Of a DNA stretch of 44,001 bases, positions 36,653 to 44,001 are shown in pieces; the first letter of the stretch is position 1, and the number at the start of each line of letters is the position of its first letter. The stretch spans positions 4,963 to 48,963 of the forward strand of contig DF237594.1 of the NCBI GenBank assembly GCA_000708835.1. Reading direction: 5' to 3'. A program made the position numbers and the translations under genes. The notes below the pieces were generated by a model. It was not told the origin of the DNA. It ran no database searches and saw nothing but the letters and a program-made list of their open reading frames with translations. This DNA is from Klebsormidium nitens. Its lineage: Eukaryota > Plantae > Klebsormidiophyceae.

Positions 36653-37399
36653 TTAGGAGAGCGCGCCTCGGGTCACACCAGTAGAGCCCCCGAGGCGGCC
36701 CGCACGCGCCCGACTACCGTTCAGGACCGCGCACCGCACCACGGCGGCCTGCTGAGAGTCGCGCGCCGCGGCCGCGGCGAAGCGCTCACCGCACTTCCTG
36801 CAAACGAACGCCACGTCGCACGCGCGCACGTGCGCGAGCAGCGGCTTCAGCGAGCACAGGTCGAGGTCGCGGGTGAGGCGGCGCGCGAGCGCGCCCAGGG
36901 AATAATACCGGGGGTCCGAGCTTTCGAGAGACGTGTCTCGCAAGTGGGCAATCAATTTCGCCCCGGCAGAGAAGTCCAGAAAGCAAACCGCGCACTGGTA
37001 GACGGTTGTGCAGCCTCCCAGCAGGGGGTTGGCCTGGAGACCGTGCAAGGGTGGGGCGCGACAGACGGACCAAGAACGAAGTGGCGCGAGGCGCTTGGTT
37101 CTTCCGTTTCCATTGCTTTGCCGTGCACTTTGCTGCTGCTCGGCCGGCCCAACGGCCCCACAGGTGCTGCCACATGGCGGCAGCCCACAGGAGGTCTGCA
37201 GGTAGCCAAGCGGGAACTTCTCCTCGCAGATTTGGGACACTTCCTTCCGTCCTCGAGGCCCCACGCGGCTTCGGCGGCCGGAACTAGAAGTCACTTCTTG
37301 ACAGAACGCCGGACACGCTCCATCACTGTGGCCGGGAGGAAGTGCGTTTGAATCGAGGAAATAGCGGCGCTTTCCAGGCAGCGTTTGGGGAAAGCACAC
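36653..37399 (-). CDS. C2H2-like zinc-finger protein, copy A (possibly pseudogenising)
   Basis: YQCAVCFLDFSAGAKLIAHLRD (C-x2-C-x12-H) and FVCRKCGERFAAAAARDSQ (His lost). True start not resolved; TATA-like motif on the minus strand near 37555. Confidence 0.5.
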   Translation of the reverse strand: MCFPQTLPGKRRYFLDSNALPPGHSDGACPAFCQEVTSSSGRRSRVGPRGRKEVSQICEEKFPLGYLQTSCGLPPCGSTCGAVGPAEQQQSARQSNGNGRTKRLAPLRSWSVCRAPPLHGLQANPLLGGCTTVYQCAVCFLDFSAGAKLIAHLRDTSLESSDPRYYSLGALARRLTRDLDLCSLKPLLAHVRACDVAFVCRKCGERFAAAAARDSQQAAVVRCAVLNGSRARAGRLGGSTGVTRGALS

Positions 37400-39451
37400 G
37401 TTAATAATCTTTCAAGACTTTCCGTCTAGGAGTCGCTCAAACATTTGGCAGCGATTCCAACTGGCAGCCCTTCTGGCTTGCATAGCATGTTTGCCCTTGG
37501 GGAGTAGATCCAGCGGATCCTGATCGAAGTCGGTGTGTAGATGGTATGCATATTATAAAGCTTGAATTCACGACTTCAGGCTTAGCTGAACGCCGTACAT
37601 TTTGCTTAAGGACGTCGCGAAGAGCCGGCACGAAGTCAAGGTGGCATCTCAAGAGTACGCTAGCATGGTGCAAAAGGAGACTGAATATTTTCTTTAGGGG
37701 CTGGTCCCGTCTTTGAGTTATTGCAACAGTTGCGCGCCACGTGGTCCGGTCTGAGGAAAGTGGCTCGTCGCTACAGATGGCTGTCGGGAAGGTACAGAAT
37801 CTTTGTTTCAGTCTTTTTGGATTGACTCGCATTTGGGAACTGAACCATTCCCTCTTTGTAAGAAGTGGTACCACGTTGCAGAATCACGTTAACGGTGTTG
37901 GAGACCTGTGACTCAAGATTGATCCATTTTCAAGCGAACCGGTTGGGATCCATGAGGAAGTAAGAATGAACGTCAAAGATTACTTAGCCCCAAACTAGAC
38001 GGTCTTTTCTTCCTTCCTTCTCGCTTTGCAAGATGTTCTCCAAAGTTTTCTGCTCTATGACCGGAACACTATATCGTCGAAGCACAAGAGTGGGAGCTTG
38101 ACGTGGAAAGCCTCATGCGAAGAAGGTTTGAAAGGGGGAAATCTTTTCTCGTGATAGCCCCAAGTGCGCTTCGAAAGGCTTCAAGTGAGAACAGGCTCAT
38201 CACGACTCGCGTCAGAGACCGTTTGCTTCTAACCGCCCATACTGTTGACTTGTGGGTGCCCTGAATTTCGCTGCAGAGGTGGCTCTGCTAGGCGGCTTTG
38301 TCGAGCGCTGTGCCGTTTGGAAGGTTCCATTTCGTCTCTTAGGAACCCTGGCCACCAGCCTAAAAAGTGCCAGTGCTGATCACTGGGCCATTATGGGCAG
38401 CTTTGGAAAGGGCTAAGTTCTGCGTCATAATAGCGCTGCTCGATCTCGGCCCACAGAACTTCGATTCCAGGGTAACCTTTCGACTCGCCTTCCCATCATA
38501 TGTAAGCGGAAGGGGCTACGCGACGACTGTAATCTGGTCCAAGTCGCCAAAGTTTGACCAGGTTTTCTACTCGTCCTTCGACGTCCTGAAGGTCCTAGCT
38601 GAGTACGCGCAATTGCAAGTATGAGCATGGTGAGGAAGTCGTTACAAATCAGCTGAAGTTTCGCGAAGTTGGGAAGAGAAGATGGGGTTTGAGCAGCGCT
38701 TACAACAAGTCCAATCAGAGTCGAAAATTGAAAAACAAAGCATGGATGAAGTTAGGTTCTTCTAAGAGCTGAGAGGTTCTAGAGAACAGTGCCTGGCTAA
38801 AGACTCGAGAAGCTGTCTCCTACACTAGTGTATGGCATGGGGTTGAGATGCTCGAGAAGAAAAGTGGCGGTTTGATCTTGGAAAAGGTGCTGATGAATCA
38901 TAACACCTATCTGCTGGCAGGGCCATCAGTTGGTTGAAATGAAAAGTGCTACTGATTACGTTAATGATTTCGACAACGAACACGTGCAATAATCTGCTGA
39001 GCTGCCGGCTTAAGAAGGCTGTCAGGCTGTCACCGCCTAGGCTACATCGCCTTTCGTCGTGGATCTCTTTCGAAGCTTACTTTAACTTCTAAGCTCCTAA
39101 AAGTTTGCCGAGCTTCCTAAAGGGCCCGTTAAGCTGTACTTGCAACCATCCCATGCCTGCAAATGCAGCTAAGACCCTTTGAAAAACAAAGCTAGCTCCT
39201 GTAGATGATGTTCAGACTCAAACACGCGGATCTGAAGCGAAGAAGGGATGTCATTAATGCGGTCTTGAAATCCGCTTTCTGTCTACAATTCTTCGGGCCG
39301 CCCCGGGCTCGTTGCCGACAGTCCGTTTGCGTTCCGAGACAATATCGTCGCGCGTCGTGGGCGACCGTCGCACTGTCGGGTGCCTTCTTAGAACCGTCAG
39401 ATTCGCCAAGTGGCATCATCGGACGGCTCGAAACTAAAAACCTATCCTTTG

Positions 39452-39494
39452 GGCCCACAAAGTTTGTTCTGCACGTAAGACAGCTTTATATATA
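39452..39494 (+). promoter_or_regulatory. USE-like GGCCCACAAAGT plus TTTATATATA, U6-type Pol III promoter candidate (copy B)
   Basis: Box 39452-39463, TATA from 39485; predicted +1 at A39515; spacings identical to copy A. Confidence 0.7.
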
Positions 39495-39514
39495 CAAATG
39501 CCGCCCCTCTAGGC

Positions 39515-39653
39515 AACGCCAGCTAGGCGTTCAGGGCTGCGGTCCCTGGCTCCTATTTCCTTACCGGGCTGCGGACCCGGTTTTCTGACTTCCTACCGGG
39601 CTGCGGTCCCGGTCCAGGCTGCGGTCCTGGGGAACACGCGCTACGGGTGATCA
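39515..39653 (+). ncRNA. Unclassified four-hairpin small RNA candidate, copy B
   Basis: Hairpins at 39532-48, 39564-80 (loop CTGCGGA), 39596-612 and 39614-30; five differences from copy A, all in unpaired positions. Confidence 0.7.
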
Positions 39654-39747
39654 GTTGACATAATTAGCGCATGTTCCAACATATGTTGCACCATTTGCTG
39701 CCGAGTAAACAATCCGCTTGGATTTCGAACTTGCTGTCTCTTTTAAA

Positions 39748-40235
39748 CAGGGCGTGCCCCTATAAGACCCCTTTTCCCGAGACTAAATTGTGCCCGGGGA
39801 TTTGGGGTTTAGCATAGTGGTAGAGTGCAGTCCCGCATGTCCAAAAGCTTCTTTTACGTCCTTTTTGTGTACCCCGCACAGCGGCGCACATCGATTCACA
39901 GTGCTTTCCTATAAAGTGAACTCGTTACGGTCTAAGATTCAATCCATGGACCTAGCAACCTAAATGGCGTACTTTCAGGCGCTCTGCGGCGCTGGTCCCA
40001 TGACTTTCACAGCGATCTGATATTTGGCCGTGGCTCTCCTCCCGGACTCGGTGCGTTTGCAATCTGCCGTACGCTTTTGCTCGATAACTTCGACCGGTCG
40101 CTGAATCGGAAGCTCCAGGTCACTCCGTCGATTCACTCTCGCGCCCTCAGATCGACGGTCCGCGGCTTGACGGATTGTCACCGACGGCTGCCGCGAACCT
40201 CTTCCGTCCGGGTGATTACGCGTAATCAAACTCCC
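39748..40235. mobile_element. 488-bp insertion flanked by 8-bp direct repeat CTTTTAAA
   Basis: CTTTTAAA at 39740-47 and 40236-43; copy A has a single related site (ctcttgaaagtag, ~35925). Starts with CAGGG; no matching right TIR. Confidence 0.5.
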
Positions 40236-41233
40236 CTTTTAAAGTAGCCCACTATTGCAAGAACTGACGCGTCTTCATCATCAGGCGGTCTGCAGATCTG
40301 AGAAATGGCTGGGGGACAAGCCTCTTTGCTGTCACCAGCGTCCATCTTGTTAACGTTAACGGATTGGACGGTTCAGATCGCTCCGTCAAAATCTATACCA
40401 GAGGTCCTGATCACGTGGGAGGTCCTAGGTGTTCACAGCTAAAGCCCAAATTGCACTCTTAGACTGGCTTCATTAGCTGAAGATCGGACGGCTGTGACAG
40501 CGTTTCGGCCATCGGAGCGGGTCTGCGGTCCGCCTGTCATAACCCGGAGCAGCACCGCTAAGCATCCCTCCAATCGCACATATGGCTAGCTGATCAAGAG
40601 CACATGTATGGGGAAGCTTTTGTTGCATACTTTATTCAAGTATCCACACCGAACATCATAGCATGCATCTATCATGTGAGATTGGCCGACAGTGACTGAG
40701 TCATCTTGACTTCTAATGAATGTTACTGGAATATTGCGGTTGTTCCAATCATGAACCTTTGCGTTGTTTACAAAAACAAGAACTTGGTTTTGTTCAGAAC
40801 AGCGGGGATCTGTAGCTAATTATGCGGCCCAATCCATGGCCCGGCCGATCCACCCCTGGTACAAGAAGGAAAGCGTCGGCCGCTGGCAAGCTTTGTGGAT
40901 AGATATCCAAAGTAGCCCTGGGTTTGTATCCACCTCTTCATATTGGATGAGATGGATCTGTGCTTAAAATTTTGTTTGGGGCAGTCTTGTATAGTTTTTG
41001 ACATACCTTCCTATGTACGAGTGACTTTGAGGAAGAGAGGTGTCTCTTTGTACGTTCTGGTTGGAATAATAACGTGAATCTGCTGATCTGAATCAACGAA
41101 GATCGTGGTGCTTTTCCGGGGGAGCTCCGTGGAGCACTTCTGAACCCCGGCCCTGGAGGGGGGGAAACTGAAACGGAGGACTGATTTCGGCCGTCCACAG
41201 GACACGTGGCTTTCATCGAACGGCTCGAAAAGT

Positions 41234-41935
41234 TTAGGAGAGCGCGACTCGGGTTGCACCAGTAGAGCCCCCGGGGGCGGCCCGCACGCGCCCTCCGAGT
41301 CCATCATGCCGTTCAGGACCGCCCACCGTGGCGGTTTGATGCGCGTCGCGCGCCGCGGCCGCGGTGAAGCGCGCGGCGCACTTCAAGCAAACGAACGCCA
41401 GGTCGCACGCGCGCAGGTACGCGAGCAGCGGCGTGATCGCGCACAGGTCGAGGTCATAGTTGGGGCAATGCAAGATCAGGCGGCGTGCCGCCAGGCGCGC
41501 CCAGGGATTGTTCGAAGGGGTGGAGCGGTCCAGACACGTGTCACGCAAGTGGCGATATCCTCTTCCGCCCTGGAAGAAAACTCCAGAGAACAAACCGGGC
41601 ATCGGAGGCGGTTGTGCAGCGTCCCAGGGGGCTGGCCTGGACCGGGCGAGGGCGGGGGGCGACAGACGGACTAGCAACGAAGTGCGAGTTGTCGACTGGT
41701 TCTTCTTCTTCCTTGGCACCATGCTGCTGCCTTCAGTGGCGTTTAGCTTTAGGTGCATGCCGTTCAATTTGTTGCTGCTCGGCTCATCGGTCTTGCAGGT
41801 GCTGCCACGTGGCACCAGCCCACAGGTCCCCGCGTGCGGCTCCAGATCAGCCAGCCAAGAACTTGTTTTGAAGATGGGAAACGAGTCCCTTCCGTCTTCA
41901 AAGCCCCACGCCGCTTCGGGGGCGGATCGTTGAAT
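41234..41935 (-). pseudogene. C2H2-like zinc-finger paralogue, copy B, frameshifted
   Basis: FVCLKCAARFTAAAARDAHQ is intact. The first finger (CPVCSLEFSSRAEE) lies in another frame because of indels relative to copy A, and the upstream region is interrupted by a MITE. Confidence 0.6.
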
Positions 41936-41989
41936 CACTTCCGGACGGACGGACGTGATCCGTGAGCGTAGCCGAGAGGGAGTGCGTCG

Positions 41990-42269
41990 GAGGCCTCTCC
42001 TGGATCCGGAGGTCGCGGAGTTGTGGTGAAAGACGCGGACGAAAGTCGCAGAAAGTCGCGGAAAGTCACGTAACGTCGCGAAGCATTGCAAGTATCTAAT
42101 GTCAAACATGTTTGAAAACAAAGTTCCAAAAGATATGTAAGGTCGCGGTGAAAGTCGCGGAGGTCGCGGAACAAAGTCGCGGAACAGTCGCGTAAAGTCG
42201 CGCAGGATCGCGGAAAGTCGCGTAACGTCGCGGGCAACTCTGGCAACCTCCGGGCCCAGGATAGGCCTC
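41990..42269. mobile_element. 280-bp MITE with ~34-bp TIRs and internal (AAA)GTCGCG repeats
   Basis: Left end GAGGCCTCTCCTGGATCCGGAGGTCGCGGAGTTG versus reverse-complemented right end GAGGCCTATCCTGGGCCCGGAGGTTGCCAGAGTTG; flanks GTCG/GTCT; absent at the homologous site in copy A (~37345). Confidence 0.8.
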
Positions 42270-44001
42270 GTCTGAAGCATGGATAGGCGAGCGGCGCTTT
42301 TCAGGCAGCGTGAGCGAAACACGCGTGAAGAAGGTAATTGAGCATCGTTTGTCTAGGACTCGCTGAGATTGGCAGCGAGTCCAACTTGCATGGGGCAGCC
42401 CTTCGGCTCGCGAATCATTTTTGCCTTCAAGGGGTGATAGATTCAGTCGAGTCTGATTGACGCCGTTATGTAGATGGTCAGTCTTTTATAGAGCCTTTTT
42501 GAGTAGTCAGCTGAATGCCGTACGTTTTCTCAACCAGAAAAATACGTCTTAAGGACGACGTGAGCCCGCCACGAAGTCAAGGTGGCATCTCAAGAATACA
42601 CTAGCAGAACGGTGCAAGAAGAGTTTTGATCTCTTATATATAATTAGGAGCTGGTCGCGTCTTTGCTTTGAAAGGTGGGCACCAAGTGGTTTGGTCTGAA
42701 GAGGGCAGCTGGTCGCCAGGGCTGTCTGAAGAAGTGAAGTACAAATTTTTTATTTCGTCTTTTTTCGACGACTTGCAATTTAAACTCCGACCATTTTCTC
42801 TCTGCAAGTAACAAGTCCGGTTGCAATGGGTTTGGAGACCGTTGAGACATCTTTCAAATTACTTCCGATATCTCGAAGAGGTCGGAAGCCGCGAAGTAAA
42901 TTATCGACAGGCCTGTCGTCTGCCTGAAGAAAATTCTGCGGATCAACCTTGACGTCTGAGCAGAATCATTTCCTGCTCATAAAGGCTAGGTAGTGCGGCC
43001 CCATCGTGATCAAAATTCATAAACAACTCCTTCGCCTTACACTAGGCGTTCTACTCGTCCTTCAAATTCCTTGTCTTTGTCAATTCGTCTATAAAGCTCT
43101 CTGCTCTGGTCTGCCCTGCGGCCGGGTGACAATGGTATCAAAGTACAGGAGGGGAGCGCCACGTGAAAATTCCCATGCGTAGACGGTCTGAAAGCGGGGG
43201 CTCTCGTGTTTTGTTAGCCCTAGGTGCGCTTTGAAAGGCTGTGAACGGTTTCATCACGACGTCAGCGGTTGTTTGCTTCCAAACGTTAACGGAGAGACAC
43301 ATTGAATTGATGACTGAAGCCATGTAGAATCTTCCCATCACCAATCGAACCTCTGGTGGCTCGGCCGCCTCTAGTCTTATGCAAGCGTCAGGTGGCTTAG
43401 GTTGTACTACTGCTTTGCAAGTCAGAGTAGTCAGAGCCGCCAGGAAAACGCCCACGCAAAGTGATTACTAGTAGTCCTTATGCGCCCGAAATCTGATTGT
43501 CGTGGATTTGCATCTTGCATAGGCTTCGGCTAGCATCATCATGTGTGGGGGAGTAAGCCTAAGGCATAGCTGTGATCACGTGCAGGATAGAAGCCTACAT
43601 GTCTAAGATGGAACAAACAGTTGGTTCTCGATATCAAAACTGTACAGAAGCTAGCCTAAAATATCGTCCTTGAGGTTAAATGCGAGTAATACAGCTGGGT
43701 ATGCCGTGTTAAAGCTGAGATACGTGCATCCCTTCTAACGGCCATTGCAAAGGTATTGCAGGATCGACTCCGTATCATTCAGTGGCTGCAGCTCGAGCCG
43801 ACGATCCCCGGTTTCTGACCGAAGGAATCGGCTGCCAGAAGAAGAAAAAGGGCGCCATCAATGCCACCAATCTAACTCTGGGCTGAGAGCTTAGGTCGCA
43901 ATTGACAAAGCCAGCAGGTATTGCAATATGATAGACACTGTACTTCGTAAGACAGCAAAGCAAGTAGCTGTGCTTAAGGACTTCCTGCATCGGATAAAGT
44001 G

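Larger units (their letters stand above)
35530..38230. repeat. Segmental duplication, unit A
   Basis: Colinear similarity to ~39340-43280 at 35545/39355, 35700/39515, 35975/40535, 36650/41232, 37590/42520 and 38110/43170; boundaries approximate. Confidence 0.85.
39340..43280. repeat. Segmental duplication, unit B (with extra insertions)
   Basis: Homologous to 35530-38230; lengthened by inserts at 39748-40235, ~40265-40530 and 41990-42269. Confidence 0.85.

Noticed and set aside
38448-38459. Fourth GGCCCACAGA box
   Set aside because: No TATA at +33, so not counted as a promoter.
41234-42322. 362-aa ORF as a genuine long protein
   Set aside because: It runs through a MITE and switches between frames that are non-equivalent in the paralogue; the openness reflects GC richness.

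Overview
This is eukaryotic nuclear DNA with GT-AG introns and GC-rich exons, compatible with a streptophyte green alga such as Klebsormidium (inference from composition and gene content only). Supportable protein genes: a divergent PP4R3/SMEK-like gene (+, ~2.4-6.8 kb), a secreted protein with two PAN/Apple domains and a Cys-rich tail (-, 9.8-12.6 kb), a long multi-exon polycystin/PKD2-type channel (-, ~17.7-30.4 kb), and two decaying C2H2-like zinc-finger paralogues in a tandem duplication (~35.5-43.3 kb). The most interesting signal is non-coding. Three loci share an upstream GGCCCACA box with a TATA box starting exactly 33 nt later, resembling the plant U6-type (USE+TATA) Pol III promoter. 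One drives a 166-nt tRNA-shaped RNA with alanine acceptor identity (G3:U70, A73) whose anticodon arm is replaced by a ~110-nt multi-hairpin domain (8007-8172). The other two drive a ~140-nt RNA made of a 5' hairpin plus four covarying 5-bp stems that display the loop CUGCGG(U/A), an anticodon-loop-like or protein-sponge array (35700-35839, 39515-39653). I do not recognise either RNA as a known family. Small mobile insertions (a TIR MITE and an insert with 8-bp flanking repeats) are visible by comparing the duplicated copies. Most ORF-track entries are antisense shadows or spurious. All protein family calls come from remembered motifs, not database searches.
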